Shown: in pieces, positions 7,035-16,303 of the stretch | How the letters are laid out: each line of letters starts with the position of its first letter | How positions within the stretch are numbered: position 1 is the stretch's first letter | IMG/VR virus record: IMGVR_UViG_2718217807_000001 | Length of the DNA stretch: 53,623 bases | Direction: 5' to 3' (one strand) | From: a virus | Lineage: Duplodnaviria > Heunggongvirae > Uroviricota > Caudoviricetes | The notes under the pieces: model-generated | Told to the model about the DNA's origin: nothing | What the model saw: only the letters and a program-made list of their open reading frames with translations | Databases searched by the model: none | Translations under genes and position numbers: made by a program

Positions 7035-7685
7035 TTAGTATCCCGGAAAGAGAGCATAAGGGATACGCAGCCCTCCCCTACCACCAAATGACTCTGAGAA
7101 GCTCTTTTGTCTCTGGCGGGCATACTTCACCTGTATTTGTGAACCTGTCCATCGAATGAGTAGACCGGAATAGCCGACGGTCTCTCCGTCGTCAGATATG
7201 TTGCCCGGTGTCGCATTTAACAGGATCCACGGATTGAAGCCCGGCGTGAAAGATATGACCTGGCTATCAACGGGCGAGTTTGCCGGAAGGTCTATGAACC
7301 CTCTTATTCTTGGCACACGGTTGGCGCTTTTGGCACTCCAGATGAGATCCCCATTACCGTTCATCACGTCGAGATATCCGCTTTCAACACTGAGGTTGCG
7401 CGTTGTTCTGATTATCTGACCGCTGTTGTTTTGAAAGCTCCAGGCCCCAGGCATAGCGAAGGCGCCGGCATTTAATCTAAACCAATGCAGGTAGCCGGAT
7501 GTCGGCATGTCTGCCGGCTTCAAAAAACCAAACGGGTATTTCCCCCCAAAAGGGTTATCTATCGCGTAATAGCCGATATCCGTCAGGCCAGAGATGTCTC
7601 TGATGTCAGAGAAGAGCGTCGTCTTGTTTTCGGAGTCGAGTTGCAGCGCCCCCGCATCGTTGTAAACTTCAAATCCGTATGTCAT
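7035..7685 (-). CDS. Phage tail-tip accessory-like protein
   Basis: N-terminus MTYGFEVYNDAGALQLDSE and internal YLDVMNGNGDLIWS resemble small beta-rich proteins that usually follow siphophage tail tip J genes. Confidence 0.55.
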   Translation of the reverse strand: MTYGFEVYNDAGALQLDSENKTTLFSDIRDISGLTDIGYYAIDNPFGGKYPFGFLKPADMPTSGYLHWFRLNAGAFAMPGAWSFQNNSGQIIRTTRNLSVESGYLDVMNGNGDLIWSAKSANRVPRIRGFIDLPANSPVDSQVISFTPGFNPWILLNATPGNISDDGETVGYSGLLIRWTGSQIQVKYARQRQKSFSESFGGRGGLRIPYALFPGY

Positions 7686-7694
7686 GCATTATCC

Positions 7695-7994
7695 CTAAGC
7701 ATATCGATAAACTTCTACCGTGAACGTCTGTTCAGTGTGATTGCCGGAGGCCGAGAAGAGCGTAAAGGCATTGTCGCTGGTGACGCAGTAAACCTCGTTA
7801 AACCCGGAACCCCACGAGCCTGCAACAACAACAGCAAAGGAGTTTCCTGAGCTAATGCCAGAGACCCCTTGGGTAACAGAGCTATCGCTCCCGTTCATTT
7901 TCACACTGTACGTGCCGATGTACCGGCAGTTGTAATCGCTGGTATCCACGACAAGATTGCCGTTTTCGTCCCAGCATTGGAGACCGAATCCCAT
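7695..7994 (-). CDS. Phage tail-tip accessory-like small protein
   Basis: MGFGLQCWDENGNLVVDTSD motif. ATG 7994 is preceded by AAGGGA. Confidence 0.6.
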   Translation of the reverse strand: MGFGLQCWDENGNLVVDTSDYNCRYIGTYSVKMNGSDSSVTQGVSGISSGNSFAVVVAGSWGSGFNEVYCVTSDNAFTLFSASGNHTEQTFTVEVYRYA

Positions 7995-8059
7995 TGCATA
8001 ATCCCTTTGCAATCGCCCGGTTTCAGTCCTAAAGCATTTTACAGCCTAATAAAATAACC

Positions 8060-8072
8060 AAACAACTTGTTT
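8060..8072. promoter_or_regulatory. Operator-like palindrome AAACAA-N-TTGTTT (representative copy)
   Basis: Other copies at 9116, 11657, 13200, 15233, 16678 and 25583; variants at 5565, 9065, 11951 and 13733. Confidence 0.75.
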
Positions 8073-8129
8073 ACTGCCTTTTCTTGTGTGTGAAAATAAT
8101 AAGCATAAGAAAACAATGGAACAATACGC

Positions 8130-8390
8130 ATGATATTCAGACAGAAACACTATCTGTTCATCCGTGAACACTACAAGCACGCCCGGTTTGAAGGACGTAA
8201 TGATGCAACATGGGGGCGCGATTACTCCTACCGTATAGCCCAGAGCGGACTGGACTCGTTAGAAAAGTATGGTTACGGTGTTATTTCACAGCATGAGTCC
8301 AAAACTGGCGAGGCTGTTTTCTATGACCAAAAACTGAATATTTTGAGCGGCGACCAGATTAAAGCCGCCATCAGAGAGAAGCTGGTATGA
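8130..8390 (+). CDS. Hypothetical protein
   Basis: First gene after an operator-promoter cassette; ATGA coupling to the next gene. Confidence 0.7.
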   Translation: MIFRQKHYLFIREHYKHARFEGRNDATWGRDYSYRIAQSGLDSLEKYGYGVISQHESKTGEAVFYDQKLNILSGDQIKAAIREKLV

Positions 8391-9037
8391 ACATTGTCGA
8401 TAAAGCCTATATGTTTGCGGCCGGCGCTCATGCAGGGGTAGGCCAAAAGCGCAAATACACCGGAGAGGACTATATCTCGCACCCAGCGGCTGTAGCAGAG
8501 ATTGTTCGCAACCACGGCGGCACGGAGGAAATGATCGCCGCAGCGCTACTACATGACACTATCGAAGACACGGACGTAACATTTGGCCACCTTTTCGAGC
8601 TGTTCGGGGAGCGCGTTGCTGAGATGATAGATGCACTAAGCAACAAGGCAAAGTCAGAAGACGGTAATCGTGAGGCGAGATTCTTCATCAACGTCACCGC
8701 TCTGCAGGAGCGCCTGGACATGCAAAGTCGAGTTATTAAGCTGGCAGATATTGTCCACAATACTCGGTCAATTGTTAAGCATGACCAAAAATTTGCGGCG
8801 CAATATCTGGCTGAAAAGGCATTTATATTGAGAGTGCTGTTCGTCGGCAAGGACATAGGTGCATCAGTCGAAGAGATCGAAAACAGAAGCGGAGATCACC
8901 CTCTTCTGATTGAAGCCGAGAAAACGATAGCAACCAGCCTTTCACAACTGCCAGAAAAGCTCTTTAGCAAGTCAGATCAGCGCAATGCCGAGTTGATGAA
9001 TAAGTGGAATAGCCTCAATAAACAATCTATCCCATGA
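8387..9037 (+). CDS. HD-domain hydrolase, SpoT/Mesh1-type small alarmone hydrolase-like
   Basis: AH..GQKRKYTGEDYISHP, ALLHDTIEDT and IKLADIVHN motifs. Confidence 0.8.
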   Translation: MNIVDKAYMFAAGAHAGVGQKRKYTGEDYISHPAAVAEIVRNHGGTEEMIAAALLHDTIEDTDVTFGHLFELFGERVAEMIDALSNKAKSEDGNREARFFINVTALQERLDMQSRVIKLADIVHNTRSIVKHDQKFAAQYLAEKAFILRVLFVGKDIGASVEEIENRSGDHPLLIEAEKTIATSLSQLPEKLFSKSDQRNAELMNKWNSLNKQSIP

Positions 9038-9055
9038 CCGCCTAGGCGGTCTTTT
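9036..9055 (+). terminator. Intrinsic terminator
   Basis: GACCGCC-TA-GGCGGTC followed by TTTT. Confidence 0.7.
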
Positions 9056-9140
9056 CATTGCCTTAAATAATTTGTTTATAGCCTTTTATTGTTTGAGATA
9101 ATAACTAGCATAAGAAAACAAATTGTTTAAGGAAATGACC

Positions 9141-10808
9141 ATGTCAACTGCCGTAGCAACCATCAGTAGCACAACCGGCGCTGTCGACTTCCGTAAGGAA
9201 ATGAATGTCATTCACGATATTGTCGCTGAGTGTGAAAACGAAATATCCCTGATGAACCAGGTGCATGATTTTGTTTACTCTAGCGACCGTGTCTCGATGA
9301 TTAATCGTCTGCAGGTACTGAGCCGCCGCCCGAATGATGAAAACTTCCGTAACGTCTCTCAGCTGAACGCCGTTAACCTTGATTTCGTGAAGCAGAACAT
9401 TTGGGCGGAATACTGGCATAAGGTGACGGATATGACAGGCGCACTGTTAATCATGCCAGCTGAGCGCCGAGATCAGTGGCGCAGTCAGTTCACGTTAGGC
9501 GTGCAAAAGACGGTAAAAAAAGACCGCGGCGGCTTTGAGCGTAGAGTTGAGGAGTTCGTTGGCGTTCCCGAGTTCACCGCGGACACTGTTATCCCAACGA
9601 TGACGACGTTACTCAATGACCGCCATAAATATCTGGCAGAGCGTGTCTATGGTCTGTTTAAGGCATTAAGCCCGACCCACAAGACCAATAAAACATACGG
9701 CTTTAGCGAGAAGCTGATCATCTCTTACTGTGTCACTGACTTTTGGAACGAAAGTGTTTCCCTGAATTACCACAAATCGGACGTCATTGACGACCTGCGC
9801 GTCCTGCTGCACTTTTTTGCCCACAAGGAGTTCATTACCCTTAATCGTTGCTCTGAGATGCTCTCAGCGGCTTACAGAGCGCATGGTTGCGAAACCGGGA
9901 AATGGATGAATGTCGATGGCAATTTAATGCGCGTCAAAATCTTCAAAAACGGAAACGCACACTTTGAGATCCACCCGGACGTCGCCTGGAAGCTGAATGA
10001 GGTGCTGGCCCATAGTATGCCTGCAGCAATACCGGCACCATGTCGCAAGGCGCCAACAACTAAGGCACCAAAAGAGTTCGGCTACATCCAGAAGACCGTA
10101 TCGGAAAGAACCAGAGGCGTCATTCGTGATCGTCGCCATAGTAGTAAAGACGGTACGTGGTACTTCTCCGATTCGTCACTGCAAAAGGCTCAAATAGAAG
10201 ACCTTGAACGCACTCTGAGATTTATCGGTGGTGTGAAGGAGAGAGGCAGCTGGTTGTTCCCGTATGAGCCAACCGCGACATTCGACAGTATCGTGTCAAT
10301 GGGCCTCATTCCAGAGGTTAAGTCACACCAGTTCTACCCGACACCGGAATCAATCGCTCAATACGTAGCGCAGATCCTGAAATGCACACCCACTGACCGC
10401 GTACTTGAGCCGTCAGCCGGCCGTGGTGATTTGCTGACATTTCTCAACGCGACACCGGAGAATGTGACCTGCGTAGAAGTGTCGCCATTGTTCTGCGACA
10501 TCCTCTCGGCCAAAGGGTACAGCGTTCACAATAAAGACTTTATCGACTGGTCAAAGCAGCTGCCTTACGACTACGACAAGATCGCCATCAACCCACCGTA
10601 TTCGGAAGGTCGAGCAAAAGAGCACACGCTAACCGCGCTTAACCATCTCAACGAAAAAGGAATTATGGCCGCAGTCCTGCCAGCCGGTTACAAGCCGGAA
10701 GAATGGATAGGTAATCAGTTCGTTTGCGCTAAATCAGGCCGAGAGTTCTCAGGTGAGTTCGAGGACACCGGCATCACAGTCGCAGTATTCGTTTTCAAAA
10801 GAGCATAG
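9141..10808 (+). CDS. DUF4942-like domain fused to a C-terminal SAM-dependent DNA adenine methyltransferase
   Basis: N-terminal LSPTHKTNK..GF and KIFKNGNAH motifs. C-terminal QFYPTP, VLEPSAGRG and NPPYS. Start moved to the ATG after AAGGA. Confidence 0.8.
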   Translation: MSTAVATISSTTGAVDFRKEMNVIHDIVAECENEISLMNQVHDFVYSSDRVSMINRLQVLSRRPNDENFRNVSQLNAVNLDFVKQNIWAEYWHKVTDMTGALLIMPAERRDQWRSQFTLGVQKTVKKDRGGFERRVEEFVGVPEFTADTVIPTMTTLLNDRHKYLAERVYGLFKALSPTHKTNKTYGFSEKLIISYCVTDFWNESVSLNYHKSDVIDDLRVLLHFFAHKEFITLNRCSEMLSAAYRAHGCETGKWMNVDGNLMRVKIFKNGNAHFEIHPDVAWKLNEVLAHSMPAAIPAPCRKAPTTKAPKEFGYIQKTVSERTRGVIRDRRHSSKDGTWYFSDSSLQKAQIEDLERTLRFIGGVKERGSWLFPYEPTATFDSIVSMGLIPEVKSHQFYPTPESIAQYVAQILKCTPTDRVLEPSAGRGDLLTFLNATPENVTCVEVSPLFCDILSAKGYSVHNKDFIDWSKQLPYDYDKIAINPPYSEGRAKEHTLTALNHLNEKGIMAAVLPAGYKPEEWIGNQFVCAKSGREFSGEFEDTGITVAVFVFKRA

Positions 10809-10816
10809 AGGCGCAG

Positions 10817-10996
10817 ATGATTGAGTTAACGTTGAAGGAGTACAACGCCATCCACACAGACTATCGGGGCGTATGGTCAACGGAGCGAACCGACTGGCCC
10901 GATTGGGAAAGCGTGAGAGAGCAATACATGGGCAAACGAACCATGATGAAGCACGGTGGCCTGCTGATTGAAGATCTTCACTTTCGTATTGTTTAG
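10817..10996 (+). CDS. Hypothetical protein (59 aa, not in ORF track)
   Basis: Hand translation MIELTLKEYNAIHTDYRGVWSTERTDWPDWESVREQYMGKRTMMKHGGLLIEDLHFRIV; GAGG RBS. Confidence 0.65.
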   Translation: MIELTLKEYNAIHTDYRGVWSTERTDWPDWESVREQYMGKRTMMKHGGLLIEDLHFRIV

Positions 10997-11037
10997 AATG
11001 AAACGGCTTGTAAAAAATCCACTAATCAGAGATTGAA

Positions 11038-11649
11038 ATGAAAATTAAAAACATTGGCATCGTTGCAATACTTTTTCTGGCTTCAGGTTGTAATGATGTT
11101 GCCGTTAAACCATATGAGATGGTGCTCAACAAAACACCATCTCAGGTAGATATGGCAGGTTATACGATGGTTGATCAGGACGGGAAGGCAACGGACAAAC
11201 CAGTCAAAGCCAAGGATCGTTTTTCTCAGTATCTATACGCACCATCAGAATACGTAGGCAAAGTCCTCAAGGAAGAGAAAGACGCAGATTTAGTCATCTT
11301 TAGCACATTAGACGGGAAAATTGCGTACTCCATCGTCAATGTGAGTGTGAATGAGATGAAGAAGGTGCAGGATGTGCTGAAAAGTAAATATGGCCCAGCT
11401 CTGGCGACTCGCGCTGGCGTGAGAGATCAAGCCGCTTTCGAGTCAAGTCCAGGCTTCTGCAAAGCGTACAATCCAGAAGCAGGGTTAGAACAGAACCACT
11501 GCCCTATGGACTATTACGAAATTTACGGCAATGTAGATGAGGTATATGTGCTGGTTAAGGCTAAGAGCATCTACGCTAACGGCCCTGAGAAGTTGATAGT
11601 GGCAGGAATAACCAGAGACGCAAAAAACTACGAGGACAGCATTAAGTAA
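11038..11649 (+). CDS. Putative lipoprotein
   Basis: Signal MKIKNIGIVAILFLASGC with lipobox. Confidence 0.75.
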   Translation: MKIKNIGIVAILFLASGCNDVAVKPYEMVLNKTPSQVDMAGYTMVDQDGKATDKPVKAKDRFSQYLYAPSEYVGKVLKEEKDADLVIFSTLDGKIAYSIVNVSVNEMKKVQDVLKSKYGPALATRAGVRDQAAFESSPGFCKAYNPEAGLEQNHCPMDYYEIYGNVDEVYVLVKAKSIYANGPEKLIVAGITRDAKNYEDSIK

Positions 11650-11722
11650 TCACCTTAAACAATTTGTTTTCTACCTTTTCTGGTTTGTGATAATAACGCC
11701 AACCAGAAAAGGAGAACCCAAC

Positions 11723-11950
11723 ATGACCCCTTCCAACACATACCTGACAGTCAGCTTGACCCACCCAGAAAAAGTAACCTCAGAGAACCTCGCAGAGCTG
11801 TATCGTGACTGGATGAACAACTACCTTTCCGTCGCTGCGTTCGCAGAGGATTACGGCATTACAGTACTACAGGCAGAGATGACCATCGCGAAAGGACGCA
11901 TGGTTCACGAAGCAGCCGCAGAGTGGTTGAAAGAGTTTACCAAAGCCTGA
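11723..11950 (+). CDS. Hypothetical protein
   Basis: ATG after AAGGAG, downstream of an operator-promoter cassette. Confidence 0.7.
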   Translation: MTPSNTYLTVSLTHPEKVTSENLAELYRDWMNNYLSVAAFAEDYGITVLQAEMTIAKGRMVHEAAAEWLKEFTKA

Positions 11951-12021
11951 AAACAACTTATTTACTGCCTTTAGTAAGTTTAGATAATAACACCACTAAG
12001 AAAACAACAAAGAAAAAGCAC

Positions 12022-12342
12022 ATGAGTCTGAACATCACCGAGTCATATAAAGTCGCCGTTATCAGCACTGCCCACGTCACCCAGGCTGATTCCGAGATAC
12101 TGCCTCGAATCTCCTTCGACCCAATCACTGACCGCGGCCACAACTGGATTCACGGTACTGAGTATGGCTGGATTGTCCGGGCCGGACTTCACGCTGAAGC
12201 ATGGAAAGAGTCTTTGCGCGAGGAAGGTATTAGCTGGTCGGCGATCGAGAACATCGAGAAAGTCCTGAACGCTGGTTTTGAGGTCGTGCATTTCGACTGC
12301 GACGCAGATACGATTGACGGCTTGCAAGTTTGGGATTGGTGA
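12022..12342 (+). CDS. Hypothetical protein, DUF5983-like
   Basis: ISTAHVT...EYGWIVR...VVHFDCDA..IDGLQVWDW pattern; follows an operator-promoter cassette. Confidence 0.6.
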   Translation: MSLNITESYKVAVISTAHVTQADSEILPRISFDPITDRGHNWIHGTEYGWIVRAGLHAEAWKESLREEGISWSAIENIEKVLNAGFEVVHFDCDADTIDGLQVWDW

Positions 12343-12364
12343 ATGCAGAACAAAGGGGTTGGCG

Positions 12365-12745
12365 ATGAGAAGTAAGCTTTTGTTTTTGTCCATATGCTGT
12401 TTTTCAGTAATGGGATGTTCAAGTGAAAGTCGTAGCACAAGACCGTCAGACACCCAGCACATTACATATGTTGGATGCAATGCTAAATTCGGCGATGGTG
12501 CTGTAATGCAAAATAAGGCCACAATTGTTGACCAAGGAAGTAGTTTCATTGTGCGAGGCAGCGCAGGAGATTTCTACAGTGGGGATCTTGTTTTTCGCAG
12601 TGAGAAGATGATTACTAGCGAGCCTTCAGGTGGGCTGGTTTTCTCCAAGGGATTAGGTGAATTTTCTAAAACGTACCTCGTTCATATGATAAAAGAGAAC
12701 AAGGTTTCAGTATTTGATTGCACCTCTGCTATCGTTAAGCAGTAA
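12365..12745 (+). CDS. Putative lipoprotein
   Basis: MRSKLLFLSICCFSVMGC lipobox. Confidence 0.65.
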   Translation: MRSKLLFLSICCFSVMGCSSESRSTRPSDTQHITYVGCNAKFGDGAVMQNKATIVDQGSSFIVRGSAGDFYSGDLVFRSEKMITSEPSGGLVFSKGLGEFSKTYLVHMIKENKVSVFDCTSAIVKQ

Positions 12746-12796
12746 CATTGAAGGGACGATTTGCACTCACTTCGAATCACACTAATGGAGTTAGTA

Positions 12797-13066
12797 ATGA
12801 AGAAAGTAGGCATTCTTGTTTTGGCATTTATGGCGAACTTCAGTGCTTCAGCGGCTGAAAGCTCAATCGCTGATCAGATAACGAATGTATGCGCCCATGC
12901 CCCTGGTGCTGTAGTTTCTCAAAAAGTTCAAGAGGCTTATAAAGCGTACAAGGAAAAATTCAAACCTGACCCTAACGTGGATGATGCAGTTCTACCAAAT
13001 GATCAGAAGTGTTTCGGGAACGTCAGAGAGGAATTAAATAGGCTGTACCCAGACACAAAAGAGTGA
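12797..13066 (+). CDS. Putative secreted protein
   Basis: Signal peptide MKKVGILVLAFMANFSASA-AE; two Cys. Confidence 0.65.
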   Translation: MKKVGILVLAFMANFSASAAESSIADQITNVCAHAPGAVVSQKVQEAYKAYKEKFKPDPNVDDAVLPNDQKCFGNVREELNRLYPDTKE

Positions 13067-13976
13067 TTGACCTTTCACTGACGTAACCAGTCAACCTCTC
13101 GCAGTTTCTATAAGGAGAGGTTGATCATCACTTTCCCACTTAATCAACCACTCATGAACCCGCAATGCCGCTGTAAACAAGGCAATAACGCCCATAAGAA
13201 AACAACTTGTTTGCAGATCAACGTAACGTCAAACCAAAACCCATTTTTACCCTCATTTTTTGACATTTGAGCATAGTCACTCTTACACCCGCTCAACGCC
13301 ACGCCAGAACGCCAGGGATTCGATTAAACAGGAACAGCCACACCAATACATCACCACAAATCAGAGTCGCTTAAAGAGCGTTACAGAGTGTTTTCGAGGA
13401 TAAGCCAATCAGCTCGGAAATCGAGGAAAGAACCACCAACAACACATTCAGGCAAAACCTTTCATTATAACTGAAAGAGTGGAACCGGCATACCACCAAC
13501 CAAAGGAAGCGAGGCTCAAAATTCTCAAGAACACCACTCGACTTACCACAGGCATTGGAGCACCCGCCAAACCCCAACAGGCACAGAAACACTACCCAGC
13601 TTTCACCAGGCACACGAGAGAAACGATAAAGAGACAATCCCATACCCGCCATCCCCCAATAGCAACGTAACCTCAAATCACCAGAATTGCGGAAAGCAGA
13701 CAGGACAAGGCTCAAAGACACATTTACCCAGATAACAACTTGTTTAAACATACAAGAAAACAAACAGTCGATTACCCGCCACAACCCAGAACAAAACGAC
13801 GAAACAATCACTTCGCCTATATGCCATCACCCAAGGTAGAACGAATCCCGGATAAGAGAACAACCCAGAAGAAAACCACCAAGAAAGAACAACCACAGCA
13901 GAGAGAGCGATAGAAGGAAATCCCGTAGAGAAGAACACTCCCAGATACACATCCACCATAGAGAAGGTCAGAAGAA

Positions 13977-14052
13977 ATTTGGGAAGATACCCAGAACAGT
14001 TTGGGAATAGGAAAGGGACAGTTTGGGAAGGTCATTTACCGTTTTGGGAAGG
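13977..14052 (+). repeat. Four direct copies of TTTGGGAA
   Basis: TTTGGGAA in four closely spaced copies within the non-coding tract. Confidence 0.7.
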
Positions 14053-14568
14053 TAGCGTTAAGAGAGTTCTGGGGTATTGGGATTAAGGCGTTATAGAGGG
14101 AAGAGGTTTGGGTGTTTAGGTGTTTGTGTAAGTAGGGTCAGAAAAAAAGTCGCGCTTCCGTCTTCGCATAAATTCAAGCTGTAATTTCCCAGCCCTACAA
14201 AAACGTTGGCGCCGTCCAGTCACCCTACGGCCAGGAAACGGGTCGGTCGCCTTTAGCCGCGGCAAAACGGGGAACGGCCAGATACAGCCTGCGGTCGGGA
14301 AACGGGGAGGTTGCCGTATAGACGAGGCTGCTTGATGAAAGGTCAACCGAGCGGTCGCGGGAGTAGGGCGGCTGGTGGCATGAGGCGACCCAGGCATAGG
14401 TCCGTATAAATACGGTCATACCACCAGCGAGATTCATTCTGTCAGAAAATCGACGGGTGTCAATGAGTTAAGTCCGGCCATTGTATCGCGCTTCCCTTTT
14501 GAAAGTGCTTTTTTGCCTATGGGTTATTGCGACAATAACTCGCATAAGAAAACAACGAAGGAAAGCAC

Positions 14569-14778
14569 ATGTATCAGCATTTAAATATCAGCATCACACT
14601 GCAAGGCGTGAACACGGACGAAATCTCTCTCGATGACGTTATCCGATCTGAAGATGTCGCCGGGCGCGTTGGTGTGTTGATTGGTGAAGGATATCGAGAA
14701 GGCTCGTTTGATTTCTCTATCTCTGACGAACCAATGTCTGTCGCCTGGAATTGCACAATGGCGGAGACATCAGAATGA
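14569..14778 (+). CDS. Hypothetical protein
   Basis: AAGGA RBS after the CATAAGAAAACAA leader; ATGA coupling to the next gene. Confidence 0.65.
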   Translation: MYQHLNISITLQGVNTDEISLDDVIRSEDVAGRVGVLIGEGYREGSFDFSISDEPMSVAWNCTMAETSE

Positions 14779-15143
14779 GCCTGGAAACTAAGCCCCTTCT
14801 GGAACCAACGAAGGCAGTTATGGGCGCCTGTAACGATTTGCGGTTCGTGTTTCCGTACACCGGCAATCTGACGGCGGATAAGAAAACAGAGATGGCCCGT
14901 AAAATCTGTAGCTGGTGGAATAGCGACGCCGGGTGGGAAGTGCTGAAAAAGAATGGCCGCTTGCGAACTGATATTCGCCTTGATATGGCCAATAGCCTGT
15001 CTTTCTTCGATCGCTTCTGTGGCCGGTACAAATCTGTTGAGGCGAAGATCATGGTTATGACGACCGGCGAAGAGATGGTGAGCTATACCGGCGACAACTG
15101 CGGCGGAAGCAATCACCGGCACAACTTTGTGATTATCAGGTAA
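14775..15143 (+). CDS. Hypothetical protein
   Basis: ATGA overlap with the upstream gene. Confidence 0.65.
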   Translation: MSLETKPLLEPTKAVMGACNDLRFVFPYTGNLTADKKTEMARKICSWWNSDAGWEVLKKNGRLRTDIRLDMANSLSFFDRFCGRYKSVEAKIMVMTTGEEMVSYTGDNCGGSNHRHNFVIIR

Positions 15144-15303
15144 GACATGCCACCAGCTACGGTGGCTTTTGTGTGACGACTCCCTACGGCAGTTTCTCTG
15201 GTTTCTTGCCTTTCTTGTTTTCTTAACGCCTTAAACAATTTGTTTTCACCCTCGTCAGCGCTGTTATTATTCTTCTCAACGGAAACGCTGAGAGATTTAT
15301 ATC

Positions 15304-15633
15304 ATGACAAACACTGAACGCCTTTTTGCTGCTTACTACGCTACCCAGCGCAACACGTTTAAAGAGAAACGAAATAACCTAGTCTCTATCGTCACTCTGC
15401 TGGACATTGTTGCAAACGGATCTGCGATACGAGTATTCAAAGAAAGCACCGTGTCGTTCGATGATGGAATTTCTCGCCGCGTTGTCGTTAGCGTGCGACG
15501 CCACCAGCATAAGAGTGGGTGGACCGCAGTGCAGAAAATTTTCCCTGTTTCGCAGCTGGAGACGGCCATCTTGTATGCAAACAAAATGGCTCAGATAGTA
15601 ATTTCAAGAGAGTCTCTCGCCGCTATCGCATAA
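15304..15633 (+). CDS. Hypothetical protein
   Basis: ORF after an operator-promoter cassette, followed by a terminator at ~15664-15692. Confidence 0.65.
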   Translation: MTNTERLFAAYYATQRNTFKEKRNNLVSIVTLLDIVANGSAIRVFKESTVSFDDGISRRVVVSVRRHQHKSGWTAVQKIFPVSQLETAILYANKMAQIVISRESLAAIA

Positions 15634-15759
15634 TCATGTGCTTAGTAGTCACAAAAATTTCTACAGCCCCTTCATCCTTTTGGGGCTTTTTTGTGCTTGT
15701 ATTGTAAGTGTTTACTTACCAGCATATGATTAGTGCCGCTCAACTACATGGAGGTAATT

Positions 15760-16200
15760 ATGAGCCTAAAACGTACCGATCTGGTATACGACCTGTTCTA
15801 TGCATCTAACACTGACCCTATGACTGCCGATCGCATCGCTACACTGACCATTCAGCTGCGTGATGAATCCGGGGCGACCCAACTGTCTACCCAGCTGTCT
15901 CGTACCGTTCTGCGTTCCAATAAGCAGAAAGTCTACACCGTAGGGCAGCAGATGATTAACGACGGCGGCGACGCGCTGCTGGTGGCCGCAGAAGCATTCT
16001 TCCGCAAAGACACCGCCACTCTGACCGAAAGCCTGATTTCCGAGGTCCTGGACTTCATCGAAGGGAACCTTGCCGCCGGCAGCACCTGGATGGGTGTCTA
16101 CGGTATGAAGATTTATTCCGGCGAAGCGCTGACCGAGCTGTTACCTGAAGACGTTCTGAAAGCCGACGGCACCGAAACCGCCACCGAGCCGGCCGCTTAA
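15760..16200 (+). CDS. Hypothetical protein, monocistronic
   Basis: GGAGG RBS. Preceded by GTAAGTGTTTACTTAC and followed by the terminator AAAGCCACG-CTAAGC-CGTGGCTTT. Confidence 0.75.
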   Translation: MSLKRTDLVYDLFYASNTDPMTADRIATLTIQLRDESGATQLSTQLSRTVLRSNKQKVYTVGQQMINDGGDALLVAAEAFFRKDTATLTESLISEVLDFIEGNLAAGSTWMGVYGMKIYSGEALTELLPEDVLKADGTETATEPAA

Positions 16201-16303
16201 CACTTCAAAAGCCTGACAAAGCCACGCTAAGCCGTGGCTTTTTTCTTTTCTGCCTGTCGTCTGGCTCGATAATACTTCTACACCAATTAAAGGAGTTAAC
16301 CAT

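Noticed and set aside
13371-14035. ORFs 13371-13811, 13479-13670, 13744-13959 and 13817-14035
   Set aside because: Their biased compositions mirror the nucleotide skew, which depletes stop codons on one strand; no clear RBS or motifs.
14574-15122. 182-aa minus-strand ORF
   Set aside because: Overlaps two coupled plus-strand genes that have an RBS and the conserved promoter leader.
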